A stretch of 64,000 nucleotides of DNA from Candidatus Latescibacterota bacterium (lineage in GTDB: Bacteria > Latescibacterota > UBA2968 > GCA-2709665). The position numbers and the translations under genes were made by a program. Under the pieces are notes generated by a model. It was not told where the DNA came from. It did not search any database and saw nothing but the letters and a program-made list of their open reading frames with translations. The first letter of the stretch is position 1. Every line of letters begins with the position of its first letter. The stretch is taken from positions 1,120,001 to 1,184,000 of the forward strand of contig OZ220733.1 in assembly GCA_965116875.1 (NCBI GenBank), in the 5' to 3' direction. Below, one piece after another: positions 47,857 to 57,047 of this stretch.

Positions 47857-50127
47857 ATGAACAGGAATATCGTAAGCGGGATTGCGCTCCTGGCTCTGGT
47901 GTTCAGCACCGCGGTACACGCGGAACTCCGGGTCCAGTCCCGTGCGAAAGTATGGGACATCTACTGGAACTCGGGCACCCAGGGTGTGCGCGCCGCCACG
48001 CCCATGAGCTGGTACCGGCCCGTCGGTATGGCGTATCCAGGCAGGTTCTGGGTGCAGTACCCACAGGAATTCATAGACTACTGGGGCACCCGGACCTGGG
48101 GCGTCCGGTCCGAATGGGTGGTTTACTACAACGAATTGTGCGGCACCATGCCCGGCTGGAACCAGTTCATCGCGACACGGGTGGGCGGCGATTACCACGT
48201 TTCCGAATCCAAGGCCACGCTTGAATCGGAGGACGTGGTCCCCATGGCCTACGATCCTTCGCAGGGGCCGGAGAGCAATATCGGCTACCGGAAGGTATCT
48301 CCCCTGGGTCCCGATATGGCCAACTGGTGGCCGGGCCAGGCCGCGCCGGGTCCCGTTTCGCCGGTGGAGATCCACAACTACCGGTACAGCGAATATATGG
48401 AGGCCGACAAGGACAACTTTCCGGAGAGCATTATCGTCAGCAAATGGACCACGAAGAACGGCATCACCGTAACCAAGAAGTCTTACGCATGGAGCTATCC
48501 GGACTTCGACGACTTCCAGATTATGGAATATACGTTCGAGAACACCGGTGATTCGGACGGTGACGGCGTGGCGGACCTCGGCGGCGGCGGGCTGCAGTTG
48601 AACGATACGTTCCTGATCTTCTCCACCCGCTTTTACGCCTCCCAGTGCGGCCAGGCCCACTATGCGGGGGATTCATTCTTCCGGCGTACCATTCCGATCG
48701 CGCTGGACGATTGGTACAAATATACGGAAGCTGCCAACTTCGACGGTCCGGGCGATGCGTTGGGTCTCAAGATGTGGTATGCTTTTGATGCGGACAATCC
48801 CGACCTGCCTGGAAACGACATCGGCAAACCCTATAGTGAGGAACGCGCCAACCAGAGCTGGCACCAGTGCTGTCTCCAGCAGACGAAAATCGAGGGGGAG
48901 ATGGGGGCCTTCCAGTACATCGGCGCCGCCCCGCTGGCGTACACGCCCGGATCGGTCAACGATGCCTCGACCTTTACCTTCGACACCGGCGGAGATGCAA
49001 GCTTTATTGCGCCCCGGGTGGCCGACCAGCCTCATACCGTCAAGTGGTGGGACTACCGGGACCGTACCGATTTCTCGGAACCCGGTTCCGAGAACATGAG
49101 TTCCGAGCAGATCTACAACGAACTCACGAGTCCCGCGCCATTCATCATGGACAATCCCACCACGATTGACGGGCTCGTCGCTTCCTTCGCCTATGGGCCG
49201 TACGACCTGGCCCCCGGAGACAAGGTGAGAATCGTCTACGCCCTGGTGGCGGCCGCGCCGGTGGAGGAGAATATCTATGGTTGGGCCAAGCAGAGCCGGC
49301 AGGAAGATATGCTGTCGGACAAGCCCATGAACAACCTGCTCAAACACCACAAGGCCGCGACCGACGCCTTCAGGTGGAACTACGACTTGCCCGATCCCCC
49401 ACCTGACGTCAAGACGGAAACCACCGCGTCGGTCGACGGATTCAACCTTGTCAAGTGGACCGACGCCGGCGACGACGCGACCGACCCGGACTACACGGGC
49501 GCCGAGGCGCAGGATATCGTGGGCTACCGGGTCTACCGCTCGGACTACAAGATCGACGACTGGAAGCTGATGGCCGATGTCCCGCTGAAGGATCCGGAGT
49601 ACTACAGCGGCGGCACCTACCAGGTTGAAGACCGGAAGTCCGTTGCGGGTTTCGAGTACACCTACCGCGTGGCCGCCTACGACTCGGGCCACGATGACTG
49701 GAATGGAACCGGGATGGCCATTCCGTCGATGGAGGGCGGGAACAGCGCGCCCGAGCAGTGGGCGGGCGGCGTGATGACCAGCGTTCCCTTCGTGCCGGCC
49801 AACGCCTCCGCGGACCAGCTGGCGCGGAACGTGATCGTCGTCCCCAATCCGCACAAGGTGGACGGCGCCCACAACTATCCTTCGGCGGGGTTGATCCGGT
49901 TTACGAATATCCCGCAAAAGTGCACGATCCGGATCTACACCGTGGCGGGCGAGCTTGCCGCCCTGATTGAGCACGAAGACCCCGCCCGGGGCGAAGCCGG
50001 GTGGAGCCAGATCCCCCATTCGCGCGGCGGGGACGTGCCCGCCGGCGTCTACTACTGGATCGTCGAGTCCCAGATGCCGGGGAGCGCGGGCCAGACGCAA
50101 CGGGGCACGTTGATGATCATCAAGTAG
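47857..50127 (+). CDS. Secreted protein with FN3-like domain and T9SS-type C-terminal sorting domain
   Basis: Signal peptide; GYRVYRS..YTYRVAAYD; tail VVPNP..IRFTNIP..IRIYT..GE..W..GVY..G.LMIIK. Confidence 0.8.
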   Translation: MNRNIVSGIALLALVFSTAVHAELRVQSRAKVWDIYWNSGTQGVRAATPMSWYRPVGMAYPGRFWVQYPQEFIDYWGTRTWGVRSEWVVYYNELCGTMPGWNQFIATRVGGDYHVSESKATLESEDVVPMAYDPSQGPESNIGYRKVSPLGPDMANWWPGQAAPGPVSPVEIHNYRYSEYMEADKDNFPESIIVSKWTTKNGITVTKKSYAWSYPDFDDFQIMEYTFENTGDSDGDGVADLGGGGLQLNDTFLIFSTRFYASQCGQAHYAGDSFFRRTIPIALDDWYKYTEAANFDGPGDALGLKMWYAFDADNPDLPGNDIGKPYSEERANQSWHQCCLQQTKIEGEMGAFQYIGAAPLAYTPGSVNDASTFTFDTGGDASFIAPRVADQPHTVKWWDYRDRTDFSEPGSENMSSEQIYNELTSPAPFIMDNPTTIDGLVASFAYGPYDLAPGDKVRIVYALVAAAPVEENIYGWAKQSRQEDMLSDKPMNNLLKHHKAATDAFRWNYDLPDPPPDVKTETTASVDGFNLVKWTDAGDDATDPDYTGAEAQDIVGYRVYRSDYKIDDWKLMADVPLKDPEYYSGGTYQVEDRKSVAGFEYTYRVAAYDSGHDDWNGTGMAIPSMEGGNSAPEQWAGGVMTSVPFVPANASADQLARNVIVVPNPHKVDGAHNYPSAGLIRFTNIPQKCTIRIYTVAGELAALIEHEDPARGEAGWSQIPHSRGGDVPAGVYYWIVESQMPGSAGQTQRGTLMIIK

Positions 50128-50155
50128 GGGCAGATCTCTATTTCTGCTCGGTTAG

Positions 50156-50317
50156 GAAGTTGTCTTAAAATTACCGGTGAGTTCCCGAGCGCGAGCGAAA
50201 AAGCGGCGGTCAAGGCAGGAAAATCCGCCCATATTTGTCTATACGGGTGGATTTGACCAACGCCGACCGGCGCTTTTGCAGCCGCGCGAAGACCGCTGGG
50301 AATTTTAAGACAGCTTC
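50156..50317 (-). mobile_element. 162-bp MITE, copy 2
   Basis: Reverse complement of 18763-18924 with the same TIRs. Confidence 0.88.
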
Positions 50318-50351
50318 TCAGGTCCATACTGAAACTCAAGGAGATGACGCG

Positions 50352-51305
50352 ATGAAACGGACGTTGTGGATCGGACTGACAGCGGCGGTGATCTGCGCCC
50401 TGCTCTACCCCCGGGGGGCGGATGCCCAGGACCAGCGGCGGTTGTCGCGGATGGTCCTCCCTGTTCTGAAGATCGATCACGGGGCGCGAATGGCCGGTAT
50501 GGGCGGCGCGTTCGTGGCCGTATCGGACAATATAGATGCCATCTTTTCGAATCCGGCGGGTCTCACGCATCTCGAACGTGCCGCGTTTACGCTCGGATAC
50601 ACCCGGTGGCTGATGAACGACCACATCCTTACGGGTGGCATGGCTTTCAACACGGCGCACGGCGTTGTGGGTGTCAACGTGGTTACCTTCAGCCCCCACG
50701 AGTTCGAAGAGACGACCATTTTCCAGCCCACCGGGACGGGACGGTATCCTGATATGGGCGATCTCTCACTGGGCGTGGTCTACGCCAGGAAACTGACGGA
50801 CAAACTCTCCGTGGGCTCGATGTTCCGCTGGACGCAGCAGACGCTGGATACAGACCGCCTGAACGCGTGGGACGTGGGCGTATCCACGTTTTTCTACACC
50901 GGTTTCAGGAGCCTGCGTCTGGGCATGACCTTCGAGAACATGGGCAAGGACGTCAAGGTGATTGACGACGTCCGAAAGATGCCGGTTGCCTTCAGCACGG
51001 CCGCGGCAATGGAAATTGTCGGCGCCACCGGCGACCCGACTTATATCACGGTCACCTTTGAAAACACGTACGCCACGGATTTCGCCGACCCGCAGTACCG
51101 TTTCGGCGGCGAACTCTGGCTTCAGAACAACTTTGCCCTCCGGGCGGGCTATAAGGCGAACTTCGACGAAGAGTCCTGGACGCTCGGGGCGGGCCTGAAA
51201 TTCTCGATGCCGAACGGACGGATCGTGCAGGCCGACGTCGCGTACAGCGATTTCGGCACGTACCTGGATGCCCCGCTGCGGTTCACGCTCAGCGGCGCGT
51301 TCTGA
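50352..51305 (+). CDS. PorV/PorQ family outer-membrane barrel
   Basis: LKI..GAR.AGMGGAF.AV.D...IF.NPAGL, LRAGY, D.AY..FG, C-terminal Phe. Confidence 0.88.
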   Translation: MKRTLWIGLTAAVICALLYPRGADAQDQRRLSRMVLPVLKIDHGARMAGMGGAFVAVSDNIDAIFSNPAGLTHLERAAFTLGYTRWLMNDHILTGGMAFNTAHGVVGVNVVTFSPHEFEETTIFQPTGTGRYPDMGDLSLGVVYARKLTDKLSVGSMFRWTQQTLDTDRLNAWDVGVSTFFYTGFRSLRLGMTFENMGKDVKVIDDVRKMPVAFSTAAAMEIVGATGDPTYITVTFENTYATDFADPQYRFGGELWLQNNFALRAGYKANFDEESWTLGAGLKFSMPNGRIVQADVAYSDFGTYLDAPLRFTLSGAF

Positions 51306-51325
51306 GATTCCGGCGGAATTGGTAG

Positions 51326-51366
51326 AAAAAAGAAATGGCGGTCCTCAGGGATTGCCATTTCTTTTT
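51326..51366. terminator. Bidirectional intrinsic terminator
   Basis: AAAAAGAAATGGC...GCCATTTCTTTTT hairpin with a T-tract on both strands. Confidence 0.8.
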
Positions 51367-51410
51367 ATCCTCTTCCCACACCTGCCCAAAATCGCCTTTT
51401 CCAAATAAAC

Positions 51411-51530
51411 GTGGGCAGCGGTGATCGGACCAGGGGTTCTTCCCTTGCGGGTGGCCGCAGAACCTGGCAAAACCCGGAAGACGCTACACCGGACACGTGA
51501 GCCCTGCGACCCAGGGCAATCTGCCCGCCA
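51411..51530 (-). ncRNA. Candidate structured RNA, family unassigned
   Basis: Closing GGGCAG/CTGCCC stem, GCCCT/AGGGC hairpin, CCC-GCAA-GGG tetraloop on the minus strand, possible GGUCGCA/UGCGGCC pseudoknot. Confidence 0.4.
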
Positions 51531-51554
51531 TCACGACGTGATCCACCTGTAACC

Positions 51555-51715
51555 GGAGCGAGGGCATCCTGCCCTCGGACTTCGCGTCACCTACCCCTTT
51601 TGCGTCGAGGGCAGGATGCCCTCGCTCCAGGGAACGCCAACGGCACAGGTCCCTTTTGTGTTTCTGTGCTTTTTGTGGCCAAATTGACGGTGATCTATTT
51701 TTGAATTGAGGTTGA
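51555..51715. repeat. Composite repeat: REP doublet copy 2 + 9-mer arm and right end of the ~220-bp element
   Basis: 51555-51628 matches the arms of 3934-4081; 51642-51715 matches 41446-41518. Confidence 0.8.
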
Positions 51716-51763
51716 TGTTCTGTCATCGGATTCTGCCGCCGGCGCGGTGGTGAGGGATAAAGT

Positions 51764-52987
51764 GTGGGCCGATTTAAAAAGATCTGTCTGACGTGCGATG
51801 CGCAACAGGGCGACGCGACCTTGAATTGCGGTGCCTGCGCCGGACCCCTGGGGTTTCAATACCGCTATCACGACGTTTCATGGGACGACCGGTTCGAAGG
51901 TACCATGTGGCGCTACTGGCCCCTGCTTCCGGTAGACCCTCCCGATGGAGCGGTGATTCTGGGCGAAGGCGGTACCCCGCTGTTGTCCGCACGGAGCTTT
52001 CGCGGGCAGCGGGTCTATCTGAAGGACGAGACCCGCAACCCCACCGGATCCCACAAGGACCGTTCGCTCTCGGTCGCGATCACGCACGCGAAAGCCATTG
52101 GCGCGGACGTTTCCGTCATCGTATCCACGGGCAGCGCGGGCATCTCGAACGCCGCTCTGGCTGCCAGGGCCGGAATGCGCAGTGCGGTGGTCATGACGGA
52201 AGGAACGCCGCCGGAGCGCCTCTACCCCATGTACGGCCTGGGCGCGGTGCTTGTCGAGGTGAAGGCCCCCATCGACCCGATCGTACAGGGGGTGATTGAC
52301 GTCTGTCGTGAACAGGGTCTCTATCTGAGTACCACCAGCCGGAGTTCCAATCCGTACCAAGCCGAGGGGAACAAGACCATCGCCTTCGAGATTGTGGAGA
52401 AGCTTGGCAGAGCGCCGGACTGGGTGGTGGTTCCCGTGGGCGGCGGCGGTACGGTCTCGGGGGTCTGGCGGGGATTCCTGGACTGCCGGACGCTCGGACT
52501 CATCGACTCCGTTCCCAGGATGATCGGCGTGGTACCCGCGGACTACAACGCCCTGGAGGTGGCCTTCGAACGCGGATTGAGGCGATGGGAAGACGTGCTG
52601 ACGTTGCCCTATGACAACCTGCCGCCCTCAATTCTGGTGAAACTCGCCCACAGCTACCCCCCCGACGGCATGGAAGCCATAGAGACCATACGTTCGTCGA
52701 ATGGGTTCTTTGTTTCCGTCACGGACGAGGAAGCCCTTTCGGCCCAGGCAGCCTGCGGCCGGCGGGAAGGTCTGTTCGTGGAGCCCTCAACGGGCGCCTG
52801 CCTCGCGGGCACAACCCGTCTTCTGGATTCGGGACGTGTCGATCCCGAGGATATCGTCGTCGCCATCGTCAGCGGCTCCGGCTATCGTGAAACCGCGTGT
52901 ACCATGGCCGAGCGTCCACTCGCGACACGGGCGATTGCCATAGAGGAACTATCCGATACCCTTTCGGGTTTCGCGGGCGCCGGGTGA
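51764..52987 (+). CDS. Threonine synthase-like fold-type II PLP enzyme
   Basis: N-terminal CxxC..CxxC, LGEGGTPL, NPTGSHKDR, EGNKT, VPVGGGG, EPS. Confidence 0.85.
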   Translation: MGRFKKICLTCDAQQGDATLNCGACAGPLGFQYRYHDVSWDDRFEGTMWRYWPLLPVDPPDGAVILGEGGTPLLSARSFRGQRVYLKDETRNPTGSHKDRSLSVAITHAKAIGADVSVIVSTGSAGISNAALAARAGMRSAVVMTEGTPPERLYPMYGLGAVLVEVKAPIDPIVQGVIDVCREQGLYLSTTSRSSNPYQAEGNKTIAFEIVEKLGRAPDWVVVPVGGGGTVSGVWRGFLDCRTLGLIDSVPRMIGVVPADYNALEVAFERGLRRWEDVLTLPYDNLPPSILVKLAHSYPPDGMEAIETIRSSNGFFVSVTDEEALSAQAACGRREGLFVEPSTGACLAGTTRLLDSGRVDPEDIVVAIVSGSGYRETACTMAERPLATRAIAIEELSDTLSGFAGAG

Positions 52988-53118
52988 ACGGTCCGGGGGC
53001 CCGGGCCATTCTTCCGTCTGCATTCCAGGAGAAGGACGAAAAGAACGGCAGACAGGCGTGTCTGCCCCACCTTCAAACACTTCCTCATCGGCTCGACCCT
53101 GACAAAGGAGCTGATTCC

Positions 53119-54141
53119 ATGTCCCTTCATCTCGCACAATGGCGTCGTCGCGAAGAACCTGTACTGTCCGCGCTGACCACCCGCGAGGACTGGTGCCGGG
53201 TTGAACTCTACAATCCGACAGTTATCCGCGTGGCGGACAGGTACATGATGTGGTACGTCGGCAACAGTTCCGCCACCCGTACCGACGATTCGGTCGTGGG
53301 CTTCGCCGAATCGGACGACGGCATCCACTGGAACGAGCACCCGGACAACCCCATCCTCACCCGCGATGATCTGCCCGCCTGCGACGCCTGGCAGACGCCC
53401 CACGTGATCTTCGACGCGGACGAGGGCCTGTTCAGGATGTGGTTCATCATGTCGACCGTGGTGCGGGGCGGTCCGACCTGGCTCGTCAGCTTCACCCAGG
53501 AACTGGGCTACGCCACCAGCCGCGACGGGCTGAAATGGGACGTTCATCCCGAGCCCATCTACCCCAGCGGCCGGAGGCCGTGCGTGATCAGGGACGGTCC
53601 GGGCGCCTACCGGATGTGGATGAACTCATCGCCGACGCCCGACGGGAGCTTCGACGATCTGGTGCGGCATATCTATCGATTCGAATCCGCCGACGGCATC
53701 GAATGGACGCGGGACCCTGAACCCGCGGTGAGCTTCAACGAGAAGCTCCGGGGCACGGTCTATCCGTTCGTCATGCGCGACGGCGGCGGATACATCATGT
53801 GGTACGGAGCCTGGCCCGCCAACGGCGAGGTCGTGATCGACACGGGGTCCGAATCGCCGCTGGTCCGCCCCGTTTTCGAGATCTACTGCTCCACGTCGTC
53901 CGACGGACTCGTCTGGACCCACCACCACGACACGCCCGCCCTGCCCGCGACGCGGGATCCCAACCACTACGACGGGCGGTATACTTCCACGCCGTGCGTC
54001 GTGGACGGTGGGGACCGCTATCTGATGTATTATTCGGCCCGCGACTGGGGTACCCTCTACAGGACCGGCGCCGACACGCTTGGCATCGACAGAGCCGGAA
54101 TTTACCGCCACGTCGGCGTGGCCGAGTGCGGCAGGACTTGA
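53119..54141 (+). CDS. Five-bladed beta-propeller glycosidase-like protein (GH43/GH130-type fold)
   Basis: Repeated MWY...G.A.S.DG..W blades (Asp-box-like); no signal peptide. Confidence 0.75.
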   Translation: MSLHLAQWRRREEPVLSALTTREDWCRVELYNPTVIRVADRYMMWYVGNSSATRTDDSVVGFAESDDGIHWNEHPDNPILTRDDLPACDAWQTPHVIFDADEGLFRMWFIMSTVVRGGPTWLVSFTQELGYATSRDGLKWDVHPEPIYPSGRRPCVIRDGPGAYRMWMNSSPTPDGSFDDLVRHIYRFESADGIEWTRDPEPAVSFNEKLRGTVYPFVMRDGGGYIMWYGAWPANGEVVIDTGSESPLVRPVFEIYCSTSSDGLVWTHHHDTPALPATRDPNHYDGRYTSTPCVVDGGDRYLMYYSARDWGTLYRTGADTLGIDRAGIYRHVGVAECGRT

Positions 54142-54167
54142 AGTGTCGGCCATTAACGGGAGAATGA

Positions 54168-56162
54168 GTGGAAAACGCTCGAGCACAGGACTCGCAACAA
54201 CGCGCGCAATCGGAGAGCCTGCCGAAACCTTCGGAAGACGGTCTGACCCTTCGCGCATTCCTGATCGGGCTGGGTCTCTGCGCGTTCATGGGCGTCGCGT
54301 TGACCTACAACCGGATGGTCGTCCAGGGTCCCTTCATGGGCAATTACCATATGGACCGGGGCGTGCTGTTCGTTTTCTTTGTGCTCGTACTGGTGGTCAA
54401 TCCCCTGGCGGGAGTCCTGAAGCGCCGCTTCTCACTGGGGCGGGGCGAATTGCTGGCCATCTACGTCATGTTGATGTTTCTGATGCCGTCATGGAAGATG
54501 ACCAAGGCCCTGCTGGGTTTCATGACGGGCGTCACCTACTATGCCTCGCCGGAAATGCGGCACCTGGAAGCCGTGTTGCCCAATGCCCTCCCATGGCTGT
54601 CGATCCTGGACACGGAAACGGTGCGGGGGTTGTACGACGGCCTTCCTGCGGGCGACCCGGTACCCTGGTGGTCGTGGGTGGTTCCCCTGTGGAGCTGGGG
54701 ATCGTTCCTGGTCGTGCTTTACGTCGTGCTCGTCTGCCTGGCGATTCTCATGAGAAAGCAGTGGGAGGAGCACGAGCGCTTCGCGTTTCCGATCATGCAG
54801 GTGCCGCTGGAGATGAGCATGATAGAGGCGCGAAGGGTGGGGCCCCTGTTCCGCAGCAGGATGATGTGGGGGGGATTCGCCGTACCGTTTCTGATCGGAT
54901 TGTTGAACGGGCTTCAGAGGTACTACTATTCGCTTCCGCGTATTCAGCTGCGAACGACTCTCTGGATCTTCCGACGGGCGATTCCCTTGCATATCGGCCT
55001 GCATTTCGCGATCCTCGGGTACTCGTATTTCGTGAATACGGACGTGAGTCTGAGCATCTGGCTGTTCAACGTCATCGCGAAGTGCATCAGCGGGATTCTG
55101 GCCATCGTCGGGGCGGAGACATACGGGGTCTCGGGGGTCGTAGGCCGGCACAGCTCCCAGGGATCCGAGTTCCTGGCGATGATGGGTATGGGGTACATGC
55201 TCGGCCTGGCGGGCTACAGTCTGTGGATCGCGCGGGACCACCTGCGGGAGGTGTGGGCGAGGGCCATGGGCCGCCCGTCGCGCCTGGACGATTCGGAGGA
55301 GGTCATCCCCTATCGGTCCGCGGTTGCCGGGATCGTTGCGGGCACACTCTATCTCGGATGCTGGCTATACCAGGCGGGCATCGCTCCCCATCTCGTCCTG
55401 CTGCTGGGCTTTTTCAGTTTTGTCGTCTTTCTGGTGCTCGCCCGCATCGTGAGCGAGACCGGATATTCCGTAACCTATTCCCCGCTGAATCCGTCTGAGT
55501 TCGTGGTGTGCGCCGTGGGCTCCGCTGCGTTCAGCCCCACGGGGCTGACGTCTCTCGGCGTCAGCTTCGCCTGGACGATGACCCGGTTGAATACGCTCAT
55601 GCCGAGGGCCTCGGGCGCGCTGCGACTCGCACGGGAGATCGGACGCAAGCGTGGGCTGGTGCTGGCGATGGGCGCCGCGCTGGCCGCGGGCCTGATCGCC
55701 GCGAGCTATACCACGCTTCAGCTGGGATACGAACACGGCGGCCGCAACCTGGACTACTGGTTCAGGGACGTGAACGACTGCGCGCTGCCGTTCGACGAAT
55801 ACATCGGGCGCAGGCTGCTTTCCCCCTCGCCCATCTTCTACCCCGGTTTCCTGTATACCGGTCTGGGTATCGCCGTCGTCGTGATGATGATGGCGCTCCG
55901 CTCCCGGCTGCCGTCGTGGCCGCTGCACCCTATTGCGCTGCCCGTGAGTACGATCGCCTATACGCACAACTACTTTTTCAGCGTGTTTCTCGCCTGGGGA
56001 ATCAAGTCGCTCGTCCTGCGGTTCGGAGGCGCCAACCTGTACCGGTTGACCCGGCTGTTCTTTATCGGCATTATTCTCGGGGAGGCGGTCTGCCTCGGGA
56101 CGTGGATCGTCATCGACAGCATCACCGGTAAAGTGGGCGGGATCTGGATATTGCAACCGTAG
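54168..56162 (+). CDS. DUF6785-like / OPT-related polytopic membrane transporter
   Basis: LRAFLIG, VPW..W..PL..W, RKQW...ER..FP, WPLHP, K..VLRFGG..LY...FFIG.ILGE. Confidence 0.75.
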   Translation: MENARAQDSQQRAQSESLPKPSEDGLTLRAFLIGLGLCAFMGVALTYNRMVVQGPFMGNYHMDRGVLFVFFVLVLVVNPLAGVLKRRFSLGRGELLAIYVMLMFLMPSWKMTKALLGFMTGVTYYASPEMRHLEAVLPNALPWLSILDTETVRGLYDGLPAGDPVPWWSWVVPLWSWGSFLVVLYVVLVCLAILMRKQWEEHERFAFPIMQVPLEMSMIEARRVGPLFRSRMMWGGFAVPFLIGLLNGLQRYYYSLPRIQLRTTLWIFRRAIPLHIGLHFAILGYSYFVNTDVSLSIWLFNVIAKCISGILAIVGAETYGVSGVVGRHSSQGSEFLAMMGMGYMLGLAGYSLWIARDHLREVWARAMGRPSRLDDSEEVIPYRSAVAGIVAGTLYLGCWLYQAGIAPHLVLLLGFFSFVVFLVLARIVSETGYSVTYSPLNPSEFVVCAVGSAAFSPTGLTSLGVSFAWTMTRLNTLMPRASGALRLAREIGRKRGLVLAMGAALAAGLIAASYTTLQLGYEHGGRNLDYWFRDVNDCALPFDEYIGRRLLSPSPIFYPGFLYTGLGIAVVVMMMALRSRLPSWPLHPIALPVSTIAYTHNYFFSVFLAWGIKSLVLRFGGANLYRLTRLFFIGIILGEAVCLGTWIVIDSITGKVGGIWILQP

Positions 56163-56203
56163 CCGGGTGCGCGGCGGCTTGCGTTATCGTAGAGGGTACG
56201 TAT

Positions 56204-57025
56204 ATGGAGTCAGGAGCAGATCGGATGCAGAGCGAACTGAACCAGATGCGCGTCAACGGCTGGTGTGTCGTGAAGAACGTCGTACCCAAAGACCGGGTCA
56301 CTGCGGTGAGAGAGAGCGTCCTGGATGCCGTCCACCGGCACGCGAATGCCGAAACGCTCGACGACAAGGGCATCGGCCACGTCTCAGGTTTCGTCGCCCG
56401 TGAGCAGTCATTCGCGCCCTATGTGGCGGATTCTCGCGTCATGGGCGTCGTGGAGGGATTGCTGGGCGAACATGCCAGGATCTCGTTTACGACGGCGACG
56501 GTGAATTTCCCCGGTAATCCGCGCGGCGGCTGGCACGCCGACTGGCCCTTCAACCAGAACAACGCCGGGCATATCCCCGCCCCTTACCCGGACGCGGCGA
56601 TGCACGTCACCACGCTGTGGATGCTCTCCGCCTTCAACCTGCGGAACGGCGGAACCCTCATTCTCCCCGGCAGTCACCGTTCCGACAACAACCCGAGCGG
56701 GGACAACGGTTTCGATCCGCTCGCCGCGATTCCGGGGGAATGTAACGCCGAAGGCGAAGCGGGAAGCGTGCTGATGCTGGACAGCCGGCTCTGGCACGCC
56801 ACGGCCCCCAACCATTCCGACGAGCCCCGCGTTTCCGTCGTGATTCGCTACGCGCCGTGGTGGCTCGATACCGGTGTCCTGATGCCCGGGTCCGAAGCGC
56901 GCGAGCGGATGCTGGAGGCCACCGGACTCGATTCGCCCGAGGTTCCGCCAGTCCCTCAAGAGGTCTATGATGCCATGCATGAGAGGGTGAAGCCCCTTTT
57001 CCGGCACTGGGTGCGGGCCAAATGA
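56204..57025 (+). CDS. Phytanoyl-CoA dioxygenase (PhyH) family Fe(II)/2OG oxygenase
   Basis: WHAD, NGGT..LPGSH, D.RLWH...N.S..PR. Confidence 0.9.
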   Translation: MESGADRMQSELNQMRVNGWCVVKNVVPKDRVTAVRESVLDAVHRHANAETLDDKGIGHVSGFVAREQSFAPYVADSRVMGVVEGLLGEHARISFTTATVNFPGNPRGGWHADWPFNQNNAGHIPAPYPDAAMHVTTLWMLSAFNLRNGGTLILPGSHRSDNNPSGDNGFDPLAAIPGECNAEGEAGSVLMLDSRLWHATAPNHSDEPRVSVVIRYAPWWLDTGVLMPGSEARERMLEATGLDSPEVPPVPQEVYDAMHERVKPLFRHWVRAK

Positions 57026-57047
57026 AGCTCGTCGTGCCCGTCGAATC

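Noticed and set aside
50235-50351. N-terminal extension of the PorV-like ORF (likewise 41442, 43731, 52897, 23339 and 21861 starts)
   Set aside because: The extensions run through repeats or intergenic DNA; downstream ATGs have RBS motifs and, for exported proteins, signal peptides
51411-51530. tRNA (plus strand ends in GCCA) or c-di-GMP-I riboswitch (GGCAAAAC)
   Set aside because: No T-loop GTTCRA or anticodon arm; the GAAA tetraloop/receptor and GCAAAGC elements of the riboswitch are absent
51764-52987. Housekeeping thrC assignment
   Set aside because: The fold is clear, but the STGN motif is altered (STGSAG) and the context is catabolic; left unnamed
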